NCBI GenBank assembly: GCA_053919585.1
Contig: CM132790.1
From: Euprymna scolopes
Taxonomy: Eukaryota
Length of the DNA: 64,000 nt
Reading direction: 5' to 3' (one strand)
In this document: positions 52,332 through 64,000 of the stretch, piece by piece
How the letters are laid out: each line of letters opens with the position of its first letter
How positions within the stretch are numbered: the first letter of the stretch is position 1
Made by a program: the position numbers and the translations under genes
Notes under the pieces: generated by a model
What the model was told of the DNA's origin: nothing
The model's database searches: none
The model's input: only the letters and a program-made list of their open reading frames with translations

Positions 52332-54378
52332 AGAGAGGGGGAGAAAGCGACACATAGACATAGTTACTTCATTTTACTTCCGAAGACCTGTGATTCAGCA
52401 AAGCAATTTGTGCATATATATTTAACATATAATAGGCTATTTTTCTGTCTCTCTGTCTCTATATTTTCAAACTTAATTTTCGGCATTTTTTATACGATAA
52501 TCTAATAGTTATTTAATATTTAAATAGCAGTGACGTGTAGAGAACAAGTAACAAAAACGGCAAAAACATAGCTATGAACACTATCTCGGTGGGGCACAGG
52601 CCTATAATAATTTCTTCTGAAAAGGCCACTTTTAAAACAGAAGTAAAAAAGGCAGGTGCTTAGGCACTCTAAACACTCCCGGCACATCCGTGCTTGATTT
52701 ATAGAAGATATTGGTGATTATTGTAACTGAGAATCATTATGAATTCAATATAGACTGAGCATATACATACACACACATACACGAACACACATATATTTTT
52801 GTGGTGAAATATATTTATACTATTATATTGCACCTTTTATTTATACTAATCCTTTCATTTATGAAGATTGATGGAACTGCAGGTCATATAAATATATGTA
52901 ACAAGCATCTATATTTCAAATTTCCAGATGTTGACCATCTTACCCTATATTTTTTAATACGCAAACGCATACGTTAACACATGCACAAACACCCACCCAC
53001 ATATAAATATGTTTTTCCTGTGGAAATATATTTCATATCTTTATAATATATACCAATCCATATTTAATAAGCTCAATGTAATTACAGAGCGCTATAATGA
53101 ATGAATAACAAAATTATAATAGAATTCTATATAGAATGAGCATACGTGGTTAGTCTTATATATATTGAAGTTTGAAGTATACATAGACGATGATTGCCTC
53201 TTTTTATAAACAAAGTAACACAATAATAGTTACCATCTCTTATATAAGATAATGGACAAGACTGTTTGTGGTGAATTACTCGGAAAATACATCTTAAGAG
53301 AATCAGATAGATTTATAAACTTTGCGATTTTAGACAAGTATTTTCCCGCAAAAAACTTTTGCGATTTTAGACAAGTATTTCCCGTAAAAAATGCTCATAT
53401 CCGTCGGAAAATTCAATGTTATAATTTGTTAAAAAGTTTGAAGTGGGGAAACGTTACCAGCATTTGCAATATCAATACATTTTATTAGAGTTTTATGCCT
53501 GTTTATCCGTTATTGCTTTCTAATGGTAAGACTAAGTTTGGCTTAGTTGTTTTATGGCATGCCAGCTGTTTTCGGGTTATTTAATGTCTAATCCAGTTAT
53601 TTTTTTTAAATAGTATTCCTGTTGCATCTGTAAAAAATGTGCCCGTCTCTCTTACGTACCAACACAACATACAAACACGCGGGCGCTTGTCTCCTGGATG
53701 CACATTACAGCATCCAGTTATTTTGTAAAGGGTCTTTATTCTTCAGTCACTCTGTGTCTTACATCGCTAGTTTGTAGTGTTTGGTTTAGTTGTTTAGTTG
53801 TGGATTTTATCGTTTTTGTTCCATGTCCTGCAGAACATGAATGAGTTTTTCAATGGAAGAGGTCAAAAAGTTATAGTATTAATGTTTGGTACAATTTTTA
53901 ATACGGAATCTAGTTAGGAAGTGGGGAAAATAAAGAGAACGGGGAAATGAGACGAAGGTGGAATGTTGTTTTCGATTTTGGTTTTGCAGAACATAATTAA
54001 GTTTTGCAAAAGGAAGTCGAAAAACAGAACGCATCAATGCTAGGTTCATTTCATCTAAAGAAGCCAAGTCTAATGGACAGAGGGTAACAATAGATGATAT
54101 ATTTGTAAAAAGAAACTGCTAAAACATGTTAACAAGGCTAACATATAAAAGGTAGTTTATTCATATATTAACAGTTAAACGATTATGATCGAGTATTTAT
54201 TTACATTGAATATCCTTACTCTCAGGGCGATTGATAACTTGTTCGACCGGCTAATTTTCTTGTGGAATAGCAATACCGCCTAAACTTTTCTAGAAAGATA
54301 TGAATAGTCGCGTTGACAAACCTCCGTATTTATTTCTCTATTTATGTCAGAATTATGCTTACAATTACAACGCTATAA

Positions 54379-54873
54379 TCTAATGTATAAAAGGCTATAC
54401 GTCTATCTGTCTGTCTCCATATTTTCAAACTCTATCTCTCCCGAAACTAAAAGTCGCAAATGATTATACTGTATACTAACGGTGTTTGTATGGGCCATTA
54501 ACCGGTTAAAATTGTTTTTAAGGGGTCAAAAATGGGTCAAAATTGAAAAAAAAAAATCGTTAAACATTTTGTACATTCATCTTAGTTTATTTTTAATTTT
54601 TAATCGGTTTATATGCATGTCACGTTGGTAGAGTAGTAACGTTACCAGCTTTGGATGCTTCAGTTTCGGTTTCGATTTTAACTGATGGCACCCAAATAGT
54701 TTTAGTTTTACTTTTGAATGGATGCAACAGTTTCGAGTCTAACTATTGGTACCCCATTTTTCTTTACATTTAAAATTACAATTCCATAATAATGAATACG
54801 GAATCTGGACAGATTACAATTTCATATTTAAGCGTATTTTACGCCGGGGCAAAGCCAGACACAGTCCTGCTAG
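54379..54873 (+). mobile_element. Complete non-autonomous Helitron-like element (family B)
   Basis: A|TC start, (TCTG)n tract, subterminal ggc-aaa-gcc hairpin, CTAG|T end. Confidence 0.65.
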
Positions 54874-56450
54874 TACCTTCTCTACTGATGTGTAGCAATA
54901 GTTTTATAAACAAACTAAAACTTCCGGACTCAATTCAATTTCTATAGTACATTTACGACAGACGTTCCAAGCGTAGAGTCCCCTCCTGTATTTTAACTCG
55001 TTTATATACAACGTTAAAGAGCTACGAAGAGGGGAGGAAAATATTAAACGGACAACTTTTTATACCCCAGAATGTATTTTCTAAATAATCACTAACATTG
55101 TCAATCCACTTTTACCCACAAGTCTGAAGCGCGCTTTTCCTCACGTCTTTGTCGCCATTTTGAAATCGACGAACTCATCTACTAAGTGTGCTAGCTTAAA
55201 CCGCATCGGCTTCCTGCATATTCAGCAAGCGTCGATGAATTTTGATTCAATTTTGTTCAATTTTCCTGCATAGAGAAATTCAGTAAAATCAGTTTTTGAG
55301 AGTCAGGTACCGCTAATATTTGCAAGAATAAGGTGAAACCTTCACTTTATAAATGAATACGTTCGATCATTACAAAAGTGCGATTTGAAATCTCCTTTAA
55401 TTTATTCGGATAGAATAAAAATATGCAAGACTACTTTTTGAACGTCCCTCGTATATCCCCAAACTAAACCTGTTTTTTTTTTATGAAAGCAAATATTTTT
55501 ATTTTAAATTAGTTTATCCAAATTATAAAGAAGTTTGTTTTTTAACTAAAATATCATTTTTTTTTTTGCATATCATACAAAGTCGGTAAGATGAATAGCC
55601 CTGAAATAATTCTACAGTGACAGCACAGGGACGCACTATTTCATCTGTATGCAAATGCCGCGTCGTGTGCGAAGTGACGTCACGGCATGGAAAAGAAAAA
55701 TAATTATAAAAAGAAGAACGTGTCCACAGATTGATGATCACCATCACGTTTTATTCGGAAGAGTTCCCGGAAAAAATATCGTTGTTCAAACGAAATAAAA
55801 TTGAGTCGAGTTATTCCATGTCTTTGTCACTTTTTTGTGACGGAGACTAAAACACGTTTGGTTCCAACATATTAATGTGTGTAAACATGTACGCGTTACA
55901 CTACAACGATATTGAAATCGCGAAAATCTTCCTTTAGCAACATTTTACATATGGTTTTAATCCGTCTGGTTATCATATTCGTAAAATCGATTTTAAGACA
56001 AGCAGTGTTATCGGAATTCATTTGAATGATCGTTTCAATATGTCACAAAACCTCATTAAAGATATAAGCTGCATTACTCATTTAAAATATAAGCTCAGTT
56101 AGCAATAAGCAATAAGCCACAAGTTATTCCTAAAGAAACGGTACTATCTTTAAACTTAACAGTTACTTAGACCGTTTTGAACAATTGATTTTTTAGGCAA
56201 CGGAGCATATTATGATAAAATTTAACTGAGTGATTGTCATAGTTATATTTCAGAACAGCAGCTGTTATTGTAAGGTTGACAATCACTATGACAGTTATTG
56301 AATGTGCCATTATTGCAGGTTCTATGTTGACTACTCTCTTTAGAATTGAAAGCGCTCATTTAAGCAGTTACTTATTTTATTCACTAGCGTTTCATTCTTT
56401 CGGAAATCATCAGTACAGGGTGTCACGATTAACACGATTATGCACACACG

Positions 56451-56484
<34 letters not shown>

Positions 56485-56567
56485 CATATATATACTTAGT
56501 TATATAAAAAAAGAAACGGATTTCCATTATAAGGAACAATTACGAAAATAAAAGGATATTATTTACA

Positions 56568-56785
56568 ATTTATTTACAGAAAGTTTAGATGAGATAAGTC
56601 ATCGGTACCATCGGTTTCAAACCTGATAATGCAGAAACGTTTTAGATACCCATATCAAGCTCACTTCATAGATGAGTATCGAATGAAGAGAGCTTGATAT
56701 AGGTATATAAAACGTTTTTTTCTTTATCAGGTTTGAAACCGATGGTACCGATGATTTATCTCATCTAAACTTTCTGCAAATAAAT
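56568..56785. repeat. Imperfect fold-back element (about 105-bp arms) with a decayed HHR
   Basis: atcga ATGAAGA gagcttgata...tatcaggttt GAAAC cgatg GTA ccgat at 56678-56752. Confidence 0.75.
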
Positions 56786-57229
56786 AAATAAATATATAAA
56801 TGTATTATTACGAATGCAAACACAAAAAAAATGAAAATACATTCAGAAAATACAAATGAACGTTAAAACACATGTGTCCTCGGTTCGGTACATCTTGCTG
56901 AAATAGAAAGAATGGGGAGACTCTTTCGAAACCCGGAAAATATGCAATAGACGAACGACTAACGCATGAAATAACGAAGACACGACACACACTGGTAATT
57001 TTCAAAGTTAAATTTTATTATAAAAATGTAAATTATGGTAGGAAGGGAGATGAGATTGAGTAAAATAAAAAAAAATACGAGGGTATGGAAGGGGTATCTT
57101 GACCTACTATCTGAAAATGCCGACGAACAATATATCGATACAACAAAATATATCAGTCCAAACGAAACAATGGCACAATGAACTCGCCACTTAATATGCA
57201 AGAGAGAGGTATTCATAGAGACGACTTAC

Positions 57230-57281
57230 AGTTTTTCCTTTTCTTGTTTTTGTTTCTTTCTACCTGAAGCTTAACCGCCAT
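57230..57281 (-). CDS. Candidate first coding exon of a host gene (MAVKLQVERNKNKKRKN, phase 1)
   Basis: aaaATGG start context, open 52 nt, then a GTAAGT donor; CpG-rich non-repeat context upstream; no homology recognised. Confidence 0.3.
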
Positions 57282-58058
57282 TTTATTCGTTTCGGAGGAC
57301 AGTTCGTAACATGCGATATACCTATGTAGTATTCATCCAATATTTCGGTAATTTTTAGAGAGCTGTGTCCCTCGTGTTCATAGAGTTGACATTCTATATT
57401 TCGACGATGCCGGTTCGTTCTCCCTTCTCTGTCGTGGTTAAGTGGAAATCTTATACGTCCCCCCGGCTCGGTGGGTCGGCCGATTGTGACGTTGTTAGGT
57501 GGAAATTTTCCAAGTGCGCCCGGCTTGGCGGCACGGCGGCACGGCAGAGAGTACTGTATCATATGTCTCTTTCCCTCTCTGTCCCTTTCTCTTCTTAATA
57601 CTCTTCTTACCCTCCTCTTTTTTCTTGGTTCACTTAGTAACTAGCAGGGGTCAGAAAGCGTGTCGCTGACCGGGTCACCTGCCAATTCTCTAGCTTGTCT
57701 GCTGAACGTCTTTCTCCCCACTTTCTCTTTCTTCTATACTCGCTCTCTCCCTCTCTCNNNNNNNNNNNNNNNNNNNNNNNNNNNNNNNNNNNNNNNNNNN
57801 NNNNNNNNNNNNNNNNNNNNNNNNNNNNNNNNNNNNNNNNNNNNNNNNNNNNNNNNNNNNNNNNNNNNNNNNNNNNNNNNNNNNNNNNNNNNNNNNNNNN
57901 NNNNNNNNNNNNNNNNNNNNNNNNNACAAAAATTAAAAAAAAAACGATACATTTTTTGTCGGCCTAAAAATTAAATTTGAAAATTTTCTTAAAAGACACA
58001 ATATAATTTCAGGATTATGTCACAGTATGTATGTATGGATTGATTGGTGTATATATGC

Positions 58059-58430
58059 ATATTAGGTTGACAAGAAAGTTATAGCGGTATTTTTAATTTT
58101 GCTTTAAAATTACGCATATTCAAATAAGTTTTCTTTATAATACCTATACTTAATGTATATTAACTGGAGCGATTTTCACTTCATCGAATCGTTTAGGTTA
58201 CAATCGTTTTCAAACATGTCTTCTTTTGATTACAAGATCAAAACAAAGAAAAATCGTACAATTTTCTTATTTGAATTCAAGCTAGACAGAAAAGCTGTTG
58301 AAACAGCTCGCGATACCAATGAAGCGTTTAAGGCATCATTACTGAACGCACAGCGCAATGGTGGTTTAAAGATTTCGTAGCAGCGACGAAGGTCTTGAAG
58401 ATGATGAGCGTAGTGGTCGGACACTAGCAA
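58059..58430 (+). mobile_element. Mariner 5' remnant with left TIR
   Basis: tattaggttgacaagaaag TIR as at 21842-21868; RTIFLFEFKLDRKAVETARDTNEAF HTH region. Confidence 0.8.
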
Positions 58431-58723
58431 TTTCCAAGAAAGGATTGATTTATACTTTCCCATGGATGTTAATGGATAATGCACTAAGCTGTTTTAGCAG
58501 AATGTGAACACGGTCTTTGCATTACATATCTTTCAACAATAGACATTTTCTGTTTTCTCCCAGCAACGATATTAAGAGATAATGATACATTTCGGAACGA
58601 ATTAAATAGTTTTGAAAGCGATTAGCTAATTGTTTAATGAAAATTATAGAGTAATATATTTTAATATTTTGGAGATGCTAAAATTCGAAGAATGCAGAAA
58701 AGACAACAGGGCGTTGTGATTAT

Positions 58724-59385
58724 TTTTTTTTTTTTTACACAGGAATCAGCACTAATCAAGTCCTGGAGGTCACTCAAGGATAATGATTAATGGGTATACA
58801 GTAATCAATGTGATTATAGCGTAGTAAACATAAGTAGTGGGAATTTTGTAAATTGGATTGCTTAGGGGGGCGTTTCATAAAGAACTTGTTTGCGTTGGAC
58901 TTGAAGATAAATTGTAATGGAAAGTAGTTCAACAGGCGCGCAGTTCTAAGAAAGAAACTTTGTTCATGGAATCTACATTTAAGTTTAGGCACATATAAAA
59001 TGTGTGGGACATTATTAATAGTGGTTTTTGCTGGACGAGTGTTTTTCGTCGAATTTTGGCAAGGTGTAGGGGAAAATAGATTGAGGCTCAGGTGATCACT
59101 TGCCATGAAAACAACGATGAAGCAGAGATAGGTTCGCAATGTCTCTTCTGTGGGAAAGAGGTTGCAGGGAAGTGAAAAAGCATCTCCCATTAAGCTACGA
59201 AGTCTACTTTGAACTCTGTCAAGACAGGATAAGCTGCTTTCTCGCAGCTCCTGCCCAGATGTGGCAACAGTACTCCATCGTTGGCCGTACCTGGCTTTTA
59301 TATAGGTAGATAATTGCATCAGGAGTGAGATATCTACTGGAACGGTAGAAGCACCCTACCATTTTTCCAGCGACCTTGGCAATGG
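58724..59385 (-). mobile_element. 5'-truncated CR1-type LINE copy
   Basis: LSCLDRVQSRLRSLMGD...FHEQSFFLRTARL; T-run tail. Confidence 0.9.
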
Positions 59386-60012
59386 ATTGCTGCACGGATT
59401 TTAATTTATTGGAAGATCCTCATTTATCAAGATAAACAAAATAGAATCTCGTTAAGGTCTATCCAAAAAACACAACCACATTTAGAGATGAAAGATGTCC
59501 ATAGTGACATTCGCAGATATATTTTAGAGAAACTAACGATCATTGGATAGATAGAATGCGAAACCTTATCATAGAAGGCGCGAAAGTGATTAGTTTGCTA
59601 AAAGTGAAAATTGATCGCATGTTACCCTTTCATTCTGCATGTTATTTCGCATACAACAGCGTAACAACCAATAATAATTCGTCACATTTTACGTTTTTAT
59701 CTTTTCACACACGTTTTAATAACTTCAATTACATTGCTGTACACGCGCTCAGCATTTTAGTTTAAATCAATTATAACACTTTATCCATCTGTGATCCTAA
59801 TTCTTGTGAAACTGATTGTTGAGAGTTCGACTTTTTATTATACAGGCTCTCCAAAAATTAACCGAAGGGTAAACAATCTTTGTTATTTTACTATTAATAA
59901 TGATTTTTACTCTATTGCTGACATTTTACTGATAATATTGTCCAAATTAATCATGGTAAAGTATAGCATTGAACAACATACGCAAGTTGTTAATTTGTTT
60001 TAAATTAAATTA

Positions 60013-60598
60013 AAGCCAAGTACGTCGAAGGATGGAGTAATGCTGCAATATCTGGGCAGGAGCTTCTAAAAACAGCATATCCTGCCTTGACAGAGTACAA
60101 AAAAGACTTCGTAGCTTAGTGGATGTGCCCCTTTTCTCTTCCCTGCAACCTTTCTCCAACGAAAGAAACGTTGCAAGCATGTCTTTGTTTCATCGTTATT
60201 TCCATGGCAAGTGCTCGTCTGAGCTCCAATCTCTGGTCCCCCCTCGCCAATCTTTCACGAATAACACCCGTCTAGCTGAAACCACTGTCAGTAATTTTCC
60301 CCACTCTTTATATGTGTCTAAATCAAAACGTAGATTCGATGAACAAAGATTCTTTCTTATAAGTGCACGCCTGTGGAACTCTCTTCCATTTGCCTGTTTC
60401 CCACCTGACGACAACTTGGATGTCTTCAAGTCCAGCATAAACAAGTTCCTGATTAACCGCACCCTTAAGTAAGACACCTTATTAGATCTCCATTACTAAC
60501 GATTACTACGATATTGTCCCATTGATTACTGTACACGCAATAACCCTTATCCCCGAGTGGCGTCCGGGCCTTTATAAGTGGTGACTTCCATATAAAAA
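60013..60598 (+). mobile_element. 5'-truncated CR1-type LINE copy
   Basis: LQPFSNERNVASMSLFHRYFHGKCSSEL...; family 3' UTR. Confidence 0.9.
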
Positions 60599-61450
60599 GG
60601 GGGATTCAATTGTTTTGACCCAACTATCTTATCGACGGCATTTTCATGTAATAGATAACCCAAGTTACAACAACATTCTAAACATTGTATTAAGAAACAC
60701 CAAAACCTGAAAGAATTGAGTGAAAATACTAGGGACGAAATAAGGGAGTTAAATCGCAATCCAAAGATTCTGCAAATCTGTCATGAATAATGTTTTGGAA
60801 AGAACACAAATATGCAGAGCTGAAAATGGGTAACATTTAAGAGAGATAATTTTTCATAAATAAAATTGTTTGAATTTTGCTCTTTTAATGTCCTGAATTG
60901 CTCCATGTCTTAGATCGTGGTAAAATTACAGAAAGATATCATCAAAAATAAATAATTCATGTAGTTCAAAACTCTTTAGTCACTTTTTGGACAGCTTGTA
61001 TATTTTGCCTCACATTCCTGGTCGGGAAGGAAAATTTCCATCTTAAACAATCAAAGATGCCAACGGTGGAGCTATGTCATCTTTATGAGCCATGGGAAAA
61101 ATGATGTGGGTCAAGTGAGTTTGTCCTGCAATAGGAAAATCACGACCAAGTTTAAAAATATACACAGAGACTGGCATTCTATAGTTATTCTCTATACATC
61201 TTCGTCCGTCATCTTCATCAGTAGTACACTTAAATGTTCTGTAGAGATCGTGCCGTAGGTCTTAAAATGCTTGAAGTCTTTAGTCCGTTACAACGTCTAG
61301 GCGACGAGTTTAATATATTCGTACTTTATGGTCATTGTCGTGACTGAAGAGTTTGGCAAATAAAGGCGTGTCTGCGTTGACTTACTCGAAATCACAGAAG
61401 TGAATAGCATCAGTAAGTAAAGAATTGCCTTTTAGAAAGGTTTTATTAAC

Positions 61451-61567
61451 TGTAAAATACACGTACGCTCTTGAAAGGATCGAGCGGGAAAATGAAACAG
61501 AGGGCGCTTTTATTATGAATGTCAATCCCAAGGGGGATAACTCTTAACAACAAATTAAATCATAACA
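61451..61567 (-). repeat. Putative short 3' LTR of the Gypsy element (distal boundary uncertain)
   Basis: Minus strand PPT aggacggggaaaa (61568-61580), then TGTTAT...AATAAA...TTTTACA. Confidence 0.55.
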
Positions 61568-61702
61568 TTTTCCCCGTCCTAAAGTATTCAAGTAAGGGGT
61601 AATTAATTATAGACAAATTTTTTTTTTTTTTTTTTTTTTTTTTACAATCACGTAAGAATCATTTTATTTACAAATAACATATGAACCCAAACTGCAGTTT
61701 TT

Positions 61703-64000
61703 TCAGTATTTAGTCACAAAATCCTTATATTTACTAGGGAATTGTCGAACTCGGGACGACCTCCGCACAGATTGGCAGGAATGCTGATTTTCAGTATTAT
61801 TTTTTAGTGAAATCTGATTTTCTTCAAGATCAGACGATTGATTTTTGTCTTCCTCATGACCAATGTTTTCATTAGTAGAAGGTTCAAATAAAGTCTCTGA
61901 AGTAGTAGGATTATTATTAGAGTTTTCTTCATTTGATGAGTTTGGAGCTAAGTCTCGAACGTTGACAGTGGTTTCAGTACCAGAAGGTAGTTGAACATAA
62001 GCGTAGTGGGGGTTGACATCTATTAGGGTGGCAGGCGTTACAGGAGGGTCATGTTTACTTGTTTTAGTGTGGTTTCTAATATATATTGGGCCTGGTTTAA
62101 CCCAAGAAGGAATTGAAATTCCGGAAGCAGATTTACGACTATATTTAAATAGTCTATCATGGGGAGTCATATTAGTGGCAGTACAAAGTAATGATCTAAT
62201 TGAATGAAGTGCGTCCGGTAGTATGTCTTCCCAATAAGGTAGTTTCATTTGATTAGAATGTAATGTTGTTTGAATGGCCTTCCATAAGGTACCGTTGAGT
62301 TTTTCAATCTGTCCATTACCTTCAGGATGATACCTACTTGTTTTAGAAGTAGCAATTCCTTTTTTGTGTAAAAAATCCTTTATTTCTCTTGCTAAGAAAT
62401 CAGAAGCACGGTCAGTATGTATCATGTCAGGCAAACCAAAAATTGAAAAGAGTTTGTTTAGACAGTGGATAATGGTTTTGCTTGTCATATCTCTGCAAGG
62501 AAAAGCGAAAGGAAAACGGGAATACTCATCAATTAGAGTAAGTAGATATTTGTTGCCATGTATAGAAGTAGGTAGAGGGCCTTTAAAATCAAGATTTAAT
62601 CGTTGAAAAGGTTATATGGGTTGAATGAGAGTCCCTCCATTGGTATTGGCGAATTTGGGTTTCAGTAATTGACAGGATGAGCAAGAGTCAGTAATATTCT
62701 TAATTTGATCCAAAGTAAAAGGGAGGTTCCTCGTTCTTATAAAATGGCTTAGTCTTGAAACACCAGGATGACATAATTGTTTATGTAAATCACGAAGATC
62801 TTGTAGATTGTAAGTAAGAGCAGAGATGCGAGAGAATGTGTCAGCAGCAATATTTTCAGGTCCAGGTCGATAAACTATAGTGAAATTGTATTGGGATAAT
62901 TCTATACGCCAACGACATATTTTGTCATTCTTAATTTTTGATTTTCTTTTATTGTCGAATATGAAGCTGATGCTCTTCTGATCTGTGATGACTTTAAAGT
63001 GCCTGCCGAGTAGAAAATGTCGCCACTTACGGAGAGCTTCTACAATAGCGGCTGCCTCTTTTTCTACTGCATGGTGCTTAATTTCGTTAGTATTGAGAGT
63101 TCTTGAAAAAAATGCAATAGGACGACCTTCTTGATTTAGTGTTGCAGCAATGCAATAGTTACTAGCGTCCGTTTCTACTTCAAATTCTTTATTTGGATCT
63201 ACCGTTATTAAAGTGGCGTCTTTTAGATCATTTTTCAATGTTTGAAAAGATTTTAATACAGATGGAGGTAGTGGAAATTCTTTGTTTTGATTTAGTAATA
63301 AAATTTTATCAGAAAATTTTTTAATGAATTTGCAGTAATAGGAAAACATTCCAACTATTCTTTTTTGAGATTTAAGATTCAGCGGAGGTGGCATTTCGAG
63401 TAATGGTTTTAGTCTTTGATAATCGGGAGCTATTTGATTATTTTCTATGGTGTAGCCGAGTAGAGTAATAGAACTAGAAGAAAGTATGCTTTTATTTTCA
63501 TTTAAAGTGATGTTATATTGTTTAGCAATTTTGTAGAATTTTTGAAGATTGTAATCGTGTTCTTCTTGATTTTTTCCGCATATAGTTACGTTATCAACAT
63601 ACACAAAGGTATCGGTTAGATTTTCTTTTTCTATAATATAGTCTATGCTCCTCTGGAAAGCACTTACTCCATTGGTGACGCCAAAAGGAAGACGAGTAAA
63701 TTGAAAAAGTTTGCCACTTACTTCAAACGCAGTGAATTTACGATCAGCATGATTTATAGGTATTTGGTGATAAGCAGATTTTAGGTCGAGAGTAGAGAAG
63801 ATGTTATATTGAGCGATGTCGTCTACCATCTTATTGATATTAGGCATTGGGTAAGCGTCTAGTTCCGTGAATCTATTAATGGTATCGCTGTAGTCGACTA
63901 CCATTCTTTTCTTATGATTCTCATTCGAAGTTACAAGAACTTGCGCTCGCCACGGAGATATCGAAGGTTCAATTATGTCTTCTTTCAACATTCTAGCAGT
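61703..64000 (-). pseudogene. pol: Ty3/Gypsy pol (RT, RNase H, integrase) with one in-frame stop; continues beyond the window
   Basis: LDLKSAYHQ, LPFG, YVDN (for YVDD), TDAS, EKEAAA, ITDQ, HKQLCHPG..CSSC, DFKGP, HTDRAS, NGQIE; both ORFs are in the same frame, split only by TAA at 62612-62614. Confidence 0.95.

Noticed and set aside
270-52505. Many ORFs made of YI, CV or RE repeats or of X runs
   Set aside because: They are translations of microsatellites and N-gaps
57260-57562. 100-aa minus-strand ORF MIQYSLPC...
   Set aside because: No recognisable domain; more plausibly 5' UTR of the candidate exon, which is in another frame

Overview
AT-rich animal genomic DNA with 9 N-gaps, almost entirely repeats. 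The repeat make-up resembles a mollusc or cephalopod, but that is inference only. No complete host gene is visible; at most there is one candidate first coding exon on the minus strand at about 57.25 kb. Contents: one near-full-length but broken CR1-type LINE plus about 9 truncated copies; a nearly intact Ty3/Gypsy pol running off the right edge; Gypsy, RTE, RLE-LINE and mariner debris; a solo LTR; many non-autonomous Helitron-like elements; Penelope-like (PLE) ORF fragments; tRNA-Arg- and 5S-derived sequences; dense (TA)n arrays. The main unexplained signal is 15 or more minimal type I hammerhead-ribozyme (HHR) motifs, intact or decayed, from about 10 unrelated sequence families. Most abut (TA)n, several sit in fold-back palindromes centred just upstream of the ribozyme core, and about half share a TTGAGCAC-like motif 45-70 nt downstream of the cleavage site. 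The best example is a 348-nt tandemly repeated retrozyme-like unit (42.0-42.6 kb, second copy at 48.3-48.7 kb). It joins a tRNA-type Pol III A/B box to an HHR with an intact core, and the 42-kb unit has no T4 terminator on its sense strand. All structures were read by eye, and most element boundaries are approximate.
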